Shown: positions 53,124-63,492, counted from the first letter of the stretch. The stretch is DNA of 64,000 nt from Thermoanaerobaculia bacterium (GCA_044226625.1 JBGAGQ010000012.1:1-64000); one strand, 5' to 3'. The notes: generated by a model from the letters alone, not told the origin. Numbers and translations: made by a program.

Positions 53124-53516
53124 ATGGACATCCGGCAGTTCCGAGTGGTGGTCCGGGCAAAGAGCTTCGAGCGCACGAGCCGCTTCTACGGCGAAACGCT
53201 GGCGCTCCCCCGGCTCCAGACGTGGGAGCGGGAGGACGGCCGCGGCGCCGTCTTCCAGGCGGGCTCGGGGGCGATCGAGGTGCTCGGCGCGCCGTCGGGC
53301 ATGCGGTTTCAGGACGAGCAGTACTCCTACCAAGGTCCGGAGCACAAGCTGACCCTCACCCTCGTCGTCCCGTCGGCCGAGAAGACCTTCGAGGAGATCA
53401 GCTTCCGCGACCGCAACATCCCCGGCGGTCTGCGGCGCACGGGCGACGGCTCGCTGATCTTCGAGACCCACGACCCCGACGGCGTGAAGATCGTCTTCCG
53501 ACAGGCCGACCTCTAG
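53124..53516 (+). CDS. VOC/glyoxalase family protein
   Basis: SRFYGETLAL and HDPDGVKI motifs. Confidence 0.8.
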   Translation: MDIRQFRVVVRAKSFERTSRFYGETLALPRLQTWEREDGRGAVFQAGSGAIEVLGAPSGMRFQDEQYSYQGPEHKLTLTLVVPSAEKTFEEISFRDRNIPGGLRRTGDGSLIFETHDPDGVKIVFRQADL

Positions 53517-53554
53517 GAATCTCCGAGGGAGCCCCGCGGTTTTCCGGGGCCGCC

Positions 53555-56371
53555 ATGCGCCTCGTCCACGCTTTCCTGATCTGTGCCTCCGTCGCGGCCG
53601 CTCCGCTGTGCGCCGCGGCGCCGCCCGTCGCCGGATCGAGCGCTGGAACCGGCGGTAAGGCCCCCGGCGAATCGGCCGGGGGGTCCGCCAGCGGAGGGCT
53701 CGACTGGTCGGTCGACGACCTCGTCCGCGCCGAGAGCGCCGACGAATGGGCGCTCGCTTCCGACGGGAGCGCCATCGCCTGGATCCAGTCGGGGGTGGAA
53801 GGGGAGGGCGCATCCGAGCGCCAGGCGACGCGGATCTGGCTGCTCCGGACGGGGAGCGGCAGCCGCGACGCGGCCGCGGCGATCCCGTTGACGCGCGGCC
53901 GCGAGGAGGTCGCGCACCCGCGCTTCTCCCCCGACTCGCGGCGGCTCGCCTTCCTTTCGGATCGCCCGATGGCCGAGGGAGGCGAGACCGAAGCCGAAGG
54001 GACGGCCCAGGTGTGGATCCTGCCGCTGTCCGGCGGCGAGGCCTATCCCGCGACGGCCTTCGACCGCGACGTCCAGGACTTCGCCTGGATCGACGACCGG
54101 ACACTCGCGGTGCTCGCCGCGGAATCCCCTTCGGAGCGCGAGCGGAGGCGCGACGAGAGCAGCGATACCGCGATCGTCGTCGACGACGCGGAGAGCCGGC
54201 CGGCCGTGCGCCTGTTCCGCGTCGAGGTGGACCCCTCGGAGGCCGCCGATCCGCAACCGGGCACGGTGCGCCGCCTGACCACCAACTCCGACTGGCTCGG
54301 CGAGATCGCTGTCTCACCGGACGGCAAGCGGGCCGTGGCGACGGCGGCCCGCAGCCTGTCGTACGACTTCGACCAACGGGTCCGCCCGCGCACGCTCCTG
54401 ATCGACCTCGCGACCGGCGCCGAAACGGACCTCTTCGCCGACGGCCCCTCGGTCGTTCCGGTCGGCTTCCGCTGGGCGCCCGACAGCTCGGGCTTCTATT
54501 TCACCGAGGAGCGGACGACCCACCCGACCTATCGGATCGCCACCGTCACCGACCTCTGGTACTACGACCTCGCGAGCCGCGGCGCGCAGCGCATCGACCT
54601 CGGCTGGCCGCGCGGCCTGGCCGCCCCGGTCGAGCCGCTCGCGGACGGCTTCCTCGCCCTGCTCGCCGACGGCGTCCGCTACCGTCCGGCCCGCTACGTT
54701 CGCTCCCGGAGCGGCGCGAAACGCCAGGACCTCGCCGGCACCCACGTAAAGAACCTCGATGGCTGGGCGCTCTCGGCCGACGGCCGGACGCTCGTCTACG
54801 TCCACTCGTCGGCGACCCGCCCGCCCCAGGGGTACGTCGCCCGGCTCGACGGAGCGAGGCTCGTCGCCGAGCGGCGGATCACCACGCTCAACGCCGATTG
54901 GGAGGATAAGCCCACCGGGCGTAGCGAGATCGTGCAGTGGAAAGGGGCCAAGGGCGAGACGGTCGAGGGCGTCCTCCGCTATCCGCTCGATTGGAAGAAA
55001 GGCGAGAAGCGGCCTCTCGTCCTCTCGATCCACGGTGGGCCGAACGAGACCGATCGCGACACCTGGGCGGAGGACTGGAGCGCGCCGGAGATCCTCCTGC
55101 GCGCCCGGGGCGCGTTCGTCCTAGCCGCCAATTACCACGGCAGCTCCGGCTACGGCCTGGAATGGGTCGAATCGATCGCCGGCCGCTACTACGAGCTCGA
55201 GGTGCCCGACCTCGAGAAGGGCGTCGACTCGCTGATCGCCCGCGGTCTCGTCGACCCCGAGCGCCTGGGGAGCATGGGCTGGTCGAACGGCGGCATCCTC
55301 ACCGCGGAGCTGATCACCCGCACGCGGCGCTACAAAGCCGCGTCGATCGGCGCCGCCGACGTCGAATGGATCAGCGATTGGGGCAACGTCGATTTCGGCG
55401 CGGCGTTCGACAACTACTACTTCGGCGGCCCGCCCTGGGAAAAGCTCGAGCACTACGTCCAGAAGTCGCCGTTCTTCCGCTTGAAGGACGTCACGACGCC
55501 GACCCTCGTCTACGCCGGCACGGCCGATCGCTCGGTCCCGCCGAACCAGGCGTGGTCCCTGTTTCGCGCCCTCCAGCAGATCGGCAAGGCGCCCACCCGG
55601 TTGGTGCTCTTCCCCGGCGAGCCGCACGCCCTGCTCGAGCCGGCGCACCAGCGGCGGAAGATGGAAGAGGACCTCGACTGGTTCGACCGGTACCTGTTCG
55701 ACCGGCCGGCGTCCTCCCGTCCGGCCGTGCCCGAGGGCTCCGCCCTCGCCAGCCTGATCGCGAAGAAGAGCGCGGCGCGTCAGGGAGCCGCCTGGGGCCT
55801 CCTCTTCGACGGCGCGCTGATCCCCGAGACGGTCGCTCACGAAGGCCAGGAGGTCGGACGCTTCGAGGTGACGCGTGCGCAGTTCGCGGCGTTCGACCCA
55901 ACCGTTCCCGCGCTCCCGGGCGAAGAGAACCTACCCGCGATTGTGCCGTTCGAACGGGCGAAGAGCTACGCCGCCTGGCTCGCGAAGAAGGCGGGCCAAC
56001 CCTTCCGCCTCCCCACCGAAGACGAGGCGCAGTCCTTGGCCGACGAGGCCGGCTCCGGCGGCAACACCCTCGACGCCTGGGTCGGCTACACCCCGAATCC
56101 GGAAGACGCCGCGGCGATCCGCGCGGCCCTCGCCCAAGCCTTCGGAACCGGAGCGACCGCCCCTCTGCTCGAGCCCGCGGGAAGCCACCCCGGCCTGGGC
56201 GAGGGAAATGCCGCGATCTTCGACCTGGACGGCAACGCCGCCGAATGGGCGGTTGCCGAAAACGGCAAAGCCGTCGCCATCGGCTCAAGCGCCGAGCGCC
56301 CGAACGACCCACGAAGCTCCGAGGGGGCGAGCCTGGCGTATACGGGATTTCGGGTGGTGGTGGGGCGCTAG
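53555..56371 (+). CDS. S9 prolyl oligopeptidase-family peptidase fused to a C-terminal FGE-sulfatase-like domain
   Basis: Signal peptide, PD40 propeller repeats, HGGP, GWSNGG, DRSVP, EPH; tail FEVTRAQF..RLPTE..GNAAEW..GFRVV. Confidence 0.88.
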   Translation: MRLVHAFLICASVAAAPLCAAAPPVAGSSAGTGGKAPGESAGGSASGGLDWSVDDLVRAESADEWALASDGSAIAWIQSGVEGEGASERQATRIWLLRTGSGSRDAAAAIPLTRGREEVAHPRFSPDSRRLAFLSDRPMAEGGETEAEGTAQVWILPLSGGEAYPATAFDRDVQDFAWIDDRTLAVLAAESPSERERRRDESSDTAIVVDDAESRPAVRLFRVEVDPSEAADPQPGTVRRLTTNSDWLGEIAVSPDGKRAVATAARSLSYDFDQRVRPRTLLIDLATGAETDLFADGPSVVPVGFRWAPDSSGFYFTEERTTHPTYRIATVTDLWYYDLASRGAQRIDLGWPRGLAAPVEPLADGFLALLADGVRYRPARYVRSRSGAKRQDLAGTHVKNLDGWALSADGRTLVYVHSSATRPPQGYVARLDGARLVAERRITTLNADWEDKPTGRSEIVQWKGAKGETVEGVLRYPLDWKKGEKRPLVLSIHGGPNETDRDTWAEDWSAPEILLRARGAFVLAANYHGSSGYGLEWVESIAGRYYELEVPDLEKGVDSLIARGLVDPERLGSMGWSNGGILTAELITRTRRYKAASIGAADVEWISDWGNVDFGAAFDNYYFGGPPWEKLEHYVQKSPFFRLKDVTTPTLVYAGTADRSVPPNQAWSLFRALQQIGKAPTRLVLFPGEPHALLEPAHQRRKMEEDLDWFDRYLFDRPASSRPAVPEGSALASLIAKKSAARQGAAWGLLFDGALIPETVAHEGQEVGRFEVTRAQFAAFDPTVPALPGEENLPAIVPFERAKSYAAWLAKKAGQPFRLPTEDEAQSLADEAGSGGNTLDAWVGYTPNPEDAAAIRAALAQAFGTGATAPLLEPAGSHPGLGEGNAAIFDLDGNAAEWAVAENGKAVAIGSSAERPNDPRSSEGASLAYTGFRVVVGR

Positions 56372-56390
56372 GCTGTTGGAGGCTCGAAGC

Positions 56391-56447
56391 ATGACCAAAC
56401 TGCTCGAACGAGCCGTCGCTCAGGCTGCCGCTCTTCCGGAGGCCGAG
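56391..56447 (+). pseudogene. 5' remnant of a small antitoxin-like gene cut by the repeat element
   Basis: GGAGG RBS, then MTKLLERAVAQAAALPEAE, ending exactly where the 203-bp repeat begins. Confidence 0.45.
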
Positions 56448-56650
56448 GTGCCGCCCCCCACCTCGGTCCTCCCCCGCAAGCGGGGGAGGAGGCCCGCCCG
56501 TCCCTGTTCACGTCTCTGTATCTCCGTCTCGCCCTCGCTCCAGTCCTCACATCCTCTCAGGAAGGCGTCCCTCCCCCCGCTTGCGGGGGGAGGACAGGAG
56601 GGGGGCCTCAGCCAACCACGTCGGCCGGCCCGTTGACGCAGGGGCGGAGC
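56448..56650. repeat. ~200-bp composite REP element, copy A
   Basis: Two opposed CCTCCCCCGC..GCGGGGGAGG palindromes with spacer and GGGGCGGAGC end; high-identity reverse complement of 57714-57916. Confidence 0.88.
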
Positions 56651-56705
56651 TTGTCTCCGCCCGCGATCATCGCCACTTCTGGGCGGAGGCTAGATTCGCC
56701 TCTAC
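56638..56705. repeat. second (GTAG-type) REP-like palindrome pair
   Basis: GCAGGGGCGGAGCTTGTCTCCGCCC...GGGCGGAGGCTAGATTCGCCTCTAC; related GCTCCGCCCCTAC at 57714-57726. Confidence 0.55.
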
Positions 56706-56770
56706 ACCCCCTCGATTCGGGACACGTGCCTCCCTTCGCGAGGCGGCTTCTCTCTAACTAAGCGCGAGCC

Positions 56771-57658
56771 TCACCGTAACACCAACAAATCCACCGCCGT
56801 CGCCGCAAACAGCCCGACCGATAAAAACCCGTTCGTGGTGAAGAACGCCGCGTTCAGGCGCGAGAAGTCGTTCGGCCGGACGATCCAGTGCTGGTAGGCG
56901 AGGAGCAGGAGGCAGCCGGCCCAGCCGACCCAGTAGCCAGCTCCCAGACCGGGCGGGTAGAGGCTCGGAAGGAGCGCGAGCAGCGCGACGACGACGACGT
57001 GGAGGAGCCCGGAGATCCAGAGCGCGGGTACGACTCCGAAGCGGGCGGGAATCGAGAAGAGGCCATTCGCTCGATCGAACTCGAGATCTTGGAGGGCGTA
57101 GAGCACGTCGAAGCCGGCGGTCCAGAGGAGCACGGCGAGCGCGAGGACGAGCGGAGCGGGCTGGATGTCTCCGCGGACGGCGATCCAGGCTCCGAGCGGG
57201 GCACCGGAGAGCGCGAGGCCAAGGATCAGATGGCAGAGGAAGGTGAAGCGCTTGGTGTACGAGTAGAGGAAGAGCACGCCGAGCGCCACGGGGGAGAGCG
57301 CGAGGGCGAGGGGGTTCAAGCGCCAGGCGGCGAGCACCAGCAGGGCGACGCTCGCGGCGATGAACAGCGAGACGAAGAGCGGCGTCACCAGCCCGGCCGG
57401 CAGGGCGCGCATCGAGGTCCGCGGGTTGTCGGCGTCGATCTTCCGGTCGATCAGACGGTTCCACCCCATCGCGGCGCTCCGCGCGCCGACCATCGCCACG
57501 GCGATCCAGCCGACCGTCCGCCACGACGGCCACCCCTCGGCCGCGAGCATCATTCCCATCAGGGCAAACGGTAGGGCGAAGAGCGTGTGCTCGATCTTGA
57601 TCATCTCGAGCACGATGCGGAGCTGGCGGAGGGGGGAGGTCGGGCGATTCGTCGGCAT
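56771..57658 (-). CDS. UbiA-family prenyltransferase (MqnP/4-hydroxybenzoate polyprenyltransferase-like)
   Basis: KIEHTLFALPF, NRLIDRKIDADNPRT, YSYTKRF, DVLYALQD. Confidence 0.92.
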   Translation of the reverse strand: MPTNRPTSPLRQLRIVLEMIKIEHTLFALPFALMGMMLAAEGWPSWRTVGWIAVAMVGARSAAMGWNRLIDRKIDADNPRTSMRALPAGLVTPLFVSLFIAASVALLVLAAWRLNPLALALSPVALGVLFLYSYTKRFTFLCHLILGLALSGAPLGAWIAVRGDIQPAPLVLALAVLLWTAGFDVLYALQDLEFDRANGLFSIPARFGVVPALWISGLLHVVVVALLALLPSLYPPGLGAGYWVGWAGCLLLLAYQHWIVRPNDFSRLNAAFFTTNGFLSVGLFAATAVDLLVLR

Positions 57659-57713
57659 TCGGGGCGGATCTTATCGAGGCGTCGGGGAAGGGCGAAAAAT
57701 TCGGAACGCAGAG

Positions 57714-57916
57714 GCTCCGCCCCTACGTCAACGGGCCGGCCGACGTGGCTGGCTGAAGGCCCCCCTCCTGTCCTCCCCCCGCAAGCGGGGGGAGAGACGC
57801 TTCGCTGAGAGGGGGTGAGGACTGGAGTGAGGGTGAGGCGGAGACGCAAGGGCGTGAAGGGGACGGGCGGGCCTCCTCCCCCGCTTGCGGGGGAGGACCG
57901 AGGTGGGGGTCGGCAC
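57714..57916. repeat. ~200-bp composite REP element, copy B (inverted)
   Basis: Inverted copy of 56448-56650 on the other side of the UbiA gene. Confidence 0.88.
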
Positions 57917-58125
57917 GGTTCGCCGAAAGAGTCCCCTCCTAAAAATCGGGCGCGAGGCACCCATGGAGTTCCGACCTCGATGCCGACTTCCAGAACACTC
58001 TAAACATGGCCACCGTCTCATCCTGCGGACCCGGTGCCCCGACGGTGCGGACCTATTCAGGAAACGAACCGCCCATCCCAAACCTCTGGGCAAGCTCAGG
58101 ACCGCCTCGCTACACTCTCCGCATC

Positions 58126-60201
58126 ATGGCTCCGCTCACCCGCCGCGCCTTCCTTGCCGCCGCCGCCTCGATGGGGGCCACTCTGGCCTGGGCCGGTCCT
58201 CGGTCTCTCCGCTCGCGCTCGATTTGGGTCGAGGACCGCGGGCGGTTCGCCGAAGGGGTCGCCTCCGGAGACCCCGCGCCCGATAGCGTCCTCCTCTGGA
58301 CCCGCTACTCGGCCGGGGGGACGGAGACCAGCGTACCGCTCACCGTCGAAGTCGCCGAGGACGCAGCCTTCGCGCACGTCGTCGCGCGGGCCGAGACGCG
58401 CGCGCTGCTCGCCGCGGACCATACCTGCCGGGTCCTCGTCGGCGGACTGCGGCCGTATCGGGTCTATTGGTACCGGTTTCTGGACGCCAAGGGCCACGGA
58501 AGCCGAATCGGGCGCACCCGGACCGCGCCGGCGGACGACGACGCCAAGCCGATGCGGTTCGTGTTCGTCAGCTGCCAGAACGTCTGCGAGGGAGCCCAGA
58601 ACGCTTACCGGCGGATGATCTTCGAAGACGAGCGCGCGGCGCCGGACGACCAGCTCGCCTTCATCCTCCATCTCGGCGATTTCGTCTACGAGGTCGTGCA
58701 ATATCCGGAGGACGTCCCGGGCGGCCACCGTTACGACCGCCGGGTGCGCGACGTCGTTCGCTATCCCACGGGCGAGAAGGTCGCGGGCTTCCGGGTGCCG
58801 GTCGACCTCGCCGACTATCGGGCGCTCTACCGCGCCTACCTCCAAGATCCGGACATCCAGGACGCGAGAGCGCGCTGGCCGTTCGTTCCCATGTGGGACA
58901 ACCACGAGTTCTCGTGGCTCGGCTGGCAGTCGTTCCAGCTCTTCGAGGGCAAGGTCCGCCCGGCCCAGACCCGAAAGGTCGCGGCCAACCAGGCGTGGTT
59001 CGAGTACCAGCCGGCGCGCGTCGCCCAGGCGGCCGGCGCGTCGCTCGAACGCTTCGAGGCGCCCGCGGTCAAGGACGTGCCGATCGAGACGCTCGACGAG
59101 CAGGGCCTCGGCCAGGAGCCGAACAACCTCGCGGCGATCGGCAGCCTCACCGGGTACCGGACGCAGCGCTGGGGCCGTTATCTCGACCTGTTGATCACCG
59201 ACCAGCACTCCTACCGCTCGGAGGTGCCCGACAGCCGGGAGGAGACGAACCCCCTGCAGAACGACGATTTCCCGAACCTCGTTCCCCAGGAGGTGATGGA
59301 GATCCTCGACGCCGGCAGGGCCTACGCGAACGGCCACCCGCCGGACACGATCCGCTTCGGCGAGGCCGAGATCCCGAACTTCCGCAAGACGGGCGCGCCG
59401 CAGACGGTGCTCGGGGCGCGGCAGAAGGAGTGGTTCCTCGACCGCCTGTGCACCTCGCGCGCGACCTGGAAGGTGTGGGGCAATTCGCTCGGGTCGCTCG
59501 AGTGGCGCGCGGACCCGCAAAACCTCCCCGAGGGGATGGTCAAACGTTGGCCGGGCGCCGGGTTCGCGAGCTTCGGCGGCGGCGGCGATTGGGGCTCGGC
59601 CTATACCGAGCGCGGCCAGATCTACGACGCTGTGCGCGAGGCGGGCCTCACCGGATTCCTCACCGTCTCGGGCGACCGGCACAGCTTCTGGGCGGGCCTG
59701 TCGGCGAAGGCGCTACCTCCCGCATCCTTCGAGCCGGTCGGCGCCGCGTTCATCACCGGATCGATCTCGGCGGCCGGTCTGGCCGAGTCCTTCGAGCATC
59801 GCTTCCCGCAGGACCACCCGCTGCACGCCCTCTACATGGCCGAGGTTGGCGGCAAGAAACAGCCGATGGTGAACCTCCTGATGCACCACGGGGTGAAGAC
59901 CTGCCTCGAGTACCAGAAGACCGGCGATCTCGAGAAGGCCCGCCGCGTCTCGAACCCGGACGTCGCGCCGCACCTCTCCTTCCTCGACATGAGCGGTCAC
60001 GGCTACGCCGTCCTGCGCCTCACGGCCGACGCGGCCGAATGCGAGTTCGTCTGCATCCCCCGGCCGCTCGAGCGCAGCGAAGGCGCCGACGGCGGACCGC
60101 TCCGCTATCGCGTCGTCCACCGCGTACCGATGTGGGCAAAAGGCGAGCGGCCGCGGCTGGAACAGCGGGTCATCGAAGGGGATCCGGGGCTCGCGCTGTA
60201 A
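58126..60201 (+). CDS. phoD: alkaline phosphatase D family, Tat-exported
   Basis: TRRAFL Tat signal, GVASGDP, HLGDFVYE, WDNHE, SGDRH. Confidence 0.88.
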   Translation: MAPLTRRAFLAAAASMGATLAWAGPRSLRSRSIWVEDRGRFAEGVASGDPAPDSVLLWTRYSAGGTETSVPLTVEVAEDAAFAHVVARAETRALLAADHTCRVLVGGLRPYRVYWYRFLDAKGHGSRIGRTRTAPADDDAKPMRFVFVSCQNVCEGAQNAYRRMIFEDERAAPDDQLAFILHLGDFVYEVVQYPEDVPGGHRYDRRVRDVVRYPTGEKVAGFRVPVDLADYRALYRAYLQDPDIQDARARWPFVPMWDNHEFSWLGWQSFQLFEGKVRPAQTRKVAANQAWFEYQPARVAQAAGASLERFEAPAVKDVPIETLDEQGLGQEPNNLAAIGSLTGYRTQRWGRYLDLLITDQHSYRSEVPDSREETNPLQNDDFPNLVPQEVMEILDAGRAYANGHPPDTIRFGEAEIPNFRKTGAPQTVLGARQKEWFLDRLCTSRATWKVWGNSLGSLEWRADPQNLPEGMVKRWPGAGFASFGGGGDWGSAYTERGQIYDAVREAGLTGFLTVSGDRHSFWAGLSAKALPPASFEPVGAAFITGSISAAGLAESFEHRFPQDHPLHALYMAEVGGKKQPMVNLLMHHGVKTCLEYQKTGDLEKARRVSNPDVAPHLSFLDMSGHGYAVLRLTADAAECEFVCIPRPLERSEGADGGPLRYRVVHRVPMWAKGERPRLEQRVIEGDPGLAL

Positions 60202-60426
60202 GGCCGCCCGGCTATTGATGCGCCGACCTCGCCCCCGCCGACGGTGGAGTGGGTTCAAGAGCGCTTCGAGGGGAGCGGGTCGGATGATCGAGCGATACTC
60301 GCGCCTCCATGACCATCGGAGCTCGCCGTTCCTAAGGCCTCGCCTCGCGCAGGAAATCACCACCCCGGCGGGCGCGCGGAAATGGCGGGCGTTGCGGTAG
60401 GCGGTTCGGGACTCACGGGGGGAGAG

Positions 60427-61962
60427 ATGGAGCACGCTCAGACGGCTTCACGTTACGGAACGCTACTCTTCTTCCTCGCGGCCGTCTTCTTGCTCGCCGC
60501 CGCGGGTTTGAACAGCGCCATGGATTCGGCGGTCGACAAGCTGGATCGTCTCACTACTCGATACTCCGAAGCCGAGACCATGCTGGGTAAAGCCCGTTCA
60601 GCCAGGTTAAAAGGGGAAAACTTTTACTCGGCTGTGAGTCTCCAGATTCTCATTCAAGAGTGGTGGAGAAAGACGGACGAAAAGCTTCCTACGGATTACG
60701 GCGATAGTTTTGCAGATCGGCCGGTGAGCCTGCCAGGCTTCTCGCAGATGAAACTCACCGTAAATCCAGTGAGTGGTGACTATTGGACAAGGTTCTACCG
60801 ACAGAACGATCTTTACCGGGTCCCCCTGTTTCGGCAACTCGAAAAGGGGGCAGAAAGTTTCGGAAAGGAAGCAAAGAGGATCGATAGTCTTCCAGAGGCT
60901 CCGGAACAAAAGGCGCGGTTGCTGGATATCGCCCTGGTCCAGTCATTCCCGAGCAAGACGGCGCGCGAGATCTTGGCCGATGACTTCATGGACATTCTCG
61001 TCGAGAAGAAGAATGTCGATCGGAATATCAGATGCTGGATTGCACTGGACGATTGGCCCTGTCGGAGCGGCGGTACTGCTACGGGGGTTGGAGTCTCCTA
61101 TCTCCGGCGAGATGAACGATTTCTATGGGTTCAAGATTCTCGGGATCACATCTTCAACTCGCTGGGCATCGCAAAGAATCAGGACGAAGCCGAGGCGCTG
61201 CTGAAAGAAGAGTGGATCAGGGCCCATGACGCACTGCTCGAGTTCAAGATACCCATGACGCAGGTGAGCCTTCCGGGTAGCGGCTTGACTCTTTCGGTAG
61301 GCGACGTGCTCTTGCTCGCAGGCCCGCTCCTCATCTATTTCCAGATTCTTTTCCTGGTATCCAAGGAACGGATGGCGGTGTCCGGATCGGAAAAAGAGGC
61401 CTTCGTCTTTCCACAGTTCTCAGCACCGGACGATCCGCTGGTTTCGCTCAAGGGCACGAGGCTGGCAGGATTCAGCGAGAGAATCATCTGGTTACTCTTC
61501 TTGGTCGCGCCGATCGCGGTTCTAACGATCGCCGTGGTGACGCGGTACGATTTCATGAGTCTTTCAGCGTACAGCGGCCTTCCCTGGATCAAGAAGATCG
61601 AATACAGCAGGTCTTCCGACGGGTTTTCAGCTCTTCTCGACCTCATCAACCTCGGCTTTCTCGGCATCGCGTTGGTCGTCGCGATTCGGCTCACGACCCT
61701 TCACCGGTCAGCCAGTCGGTACATTTCGGATCGCAATTACCGATCCCTGACGGTTCTGTTGTTGAACCTCTTCACCGTCACTTTCCTCGCCGCTGGTTGG
61801 AGTCTTCTCGGTAGAGAAATTCCGGTGTGGGGGACCTATTTCCTCGCCTTCGCTGTTCTCTGGTTGGCGGGATTCCTCGTGGCTTTGGTTCGAGGTGCTT
61901 GGACGATGGCACTTCTTTCGGCTGGCGGATTCGCACTGGGGTTATCCATTCTCATTGGCTAG
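60427..61962 (+). CDS. orphan multi-pass membrane protein, AT-richer than flanks
   Basis: Long ORF with an N-terminal TM, a soluble domain and about six C-terminal TMs; frequent A/T-ending codons. Confidence 0.7.
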   Translation: MEHAQTASRYGTLLFFLAAVFLLAAAGLNSAMDSAVDKLDRLTTRYSEAETMLGKARSARLKGENFYSAVSLQILIQEWWRKTDEKLPTDYGDSFADRPVSLPGFSQMKLTVNPVSGDYWTRFYRQNDLYRVPLFRQLEKGAESFGKEAKRIDSLPEAPEQKARLLDIALVQSFPSKTAREILADDFMDILVEKKNVDRNIRCWIALDDWPCRSGGTATGVGVSYLRRDERFLWVQDSRDHIFNSLGIAKNQDEAEALLKEEWIRAHDALLEFKIPMTQVSLPGSGLTLSVGDVLLLAGPLLIYFQILFLVSKERMAVSGSEKEAFVFPQFSAPDDPLVSLKGTRLAGFSERIIWLLFLVAPIAVLTIAVVTRYDFMSLSAYSGLPWIKKIEYSRSSDGFSALLDLINLGFLGIALVVAIRLTTLHRSASRYISDRNYRSLTVLLLNLFTVTFLAAGWSLLGREIPVWGTYFLAFAVLWLAGFLVALVRGAWTMALLSAGGFALGLSILIG

Positions 61963-62161
61963 CCTGGAGCTGCGCGAGGAAGAGCGCGGCGGGCCCCCTC
62001 CGCCGGAGATCGAATCCGGCGTTCTCGCGCCGGAGTGTCTGGAAATGCTCCAGCGCCCGCGGAAGCGGAGCCTCTGACGCCCACCTTCCCCACGAACACC
62101 ATCGTGTTTATGCTCCGGAAAGGAGAAGACACGAGGGTGTTTCTCCAGGAGGGCGCTCAAC

Positions 62162-63455
62162 TTCTACTTTCCGCGACAGTTCGACGAGGTGTTGGCCGCT
62201 TGGGCTCGGGGGGCGGGCCGCAAGCCTCTGTTTCCTCGAGCTCAACCTGGAGCGATACGCGGACCTCTCCCTCGTGCGCTCCTGCCGTTCTGCGGACGAT
62301 CTTCTGAAAGCTCTCGCCGCGCGCCACAACGTGACGGCCTTCCCGGAGCGGACGCTCCTGTTCCTCGATGAGGTGCAGGAGAGCTCCGAGGCGATCCAGT
62401 GGCTGCGTTTCTTCCATGAGGACCATCCGGAAATCGCTGTGGTGGCGGCCGGCTCGCTCCTGGAAGTCCGATTGGAAGAGCGGGGATTCTCCTTCCCCGT
62501 GGGCAGGGTGACCTTCCGGACGCTGCGCCCTTTGAGCTTCCAGGAGTTTCTCAAGGCGTCCGGTAAGGACGTGCTCGCCGAGGGGATCCGCGTGGGGGAG
62601 GTCCCCGGCTCCGAGACCGCGGTGCCGCTCCATACCCAAGCGCTCTCCCTGCTCCGGGACTACCTGCTGGCCGGGGGCATGCCCGAGGCGGTCCGGACGT
62701 GGGTCGAATCGGGCAGCCCGGCCGCCGTCCGGCAGGTCCAGTCGGATCTGATTCAGGCGTTCGCGGAGGACATCCAGAAATACCGGAGCGGCGTCTCGGC
62801 ATCCGACCTCGAGGCCGCGTTCGACAATCTGCCGCACCATTACGGTCTGCGATTCCGCTACGAGAACTTCGCCCCGGGCTTCAAATCGCAGCGGATGAAG
62901 GACGCCCTCGGCAAGCTCGAAGCGGCGCTGCTGATCGCGCGCGTATGGCCCACGCACTCGGTCCAACTGCCGCTCGCCGTCCGGGCCAGATCCGCGCCGA
63001 AACTCCTGCCGCTCGACGTCGGTCTCGCGCTCCATACCCTCGGCACGGGATACCAGGCGCTCGCGTCCGAGCCCCTGGAGCGCCTGTTGGACGGCCGGCT
63101 CGCCGAGATCTTCGTCGGCCAACAGCTTCTCGCCTCTCGATCGGCCGCCGCCGAGCCGCTGTTCTTCTGGGTGAGCGAATCCGCGCGAGCCAACGCCGAG
63201 ACCGACTATCTGTTACCCGGCGCGGGCTATCCCGTACCCGTCGAGGTCAAGGCGGGGGCTGCCGGATCGCTCAAGTCGCTCCACCAGTTCCTCTTCCGGG
63301 CGGGCTGCGAGCTCGGGATCCGCCTGCACGCGGGGACCTACGGCGATGAGCGCCTCAAGGTAAAGATGCCGGAGGGGGAACTGGCGTACCGCCTGATCTC
63401 GCTCCCGATCTATCTGGCGGAAGAGGTGGCGGCTTGGTTGAGTCGGAGAGAATAG
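62162..63455 (+). pseudogene. AAA_14-DUF4143 ATPase with Walker A deleted and a frameshift
   Basis: FYFPRQFDEVLAAWARGAGRKPL in one frame joins FLELNLER...FLDEVQE...AAGSLL...GGMPE...PVEVKAG in another; no GxRQxGKT/S. Confidence 0.65.
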
Positions 63456-63492
63456 CTAGCGTTCCGCGAGGAACAGTCGCCAGGAGTCCTTC

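Noticed and set aside
47662-57916. REP palindromes as a CRISPR array
   Set aside because: Copies are dispersed and inverted rather than regularly spaced direct repeats, and no cas genes are present.
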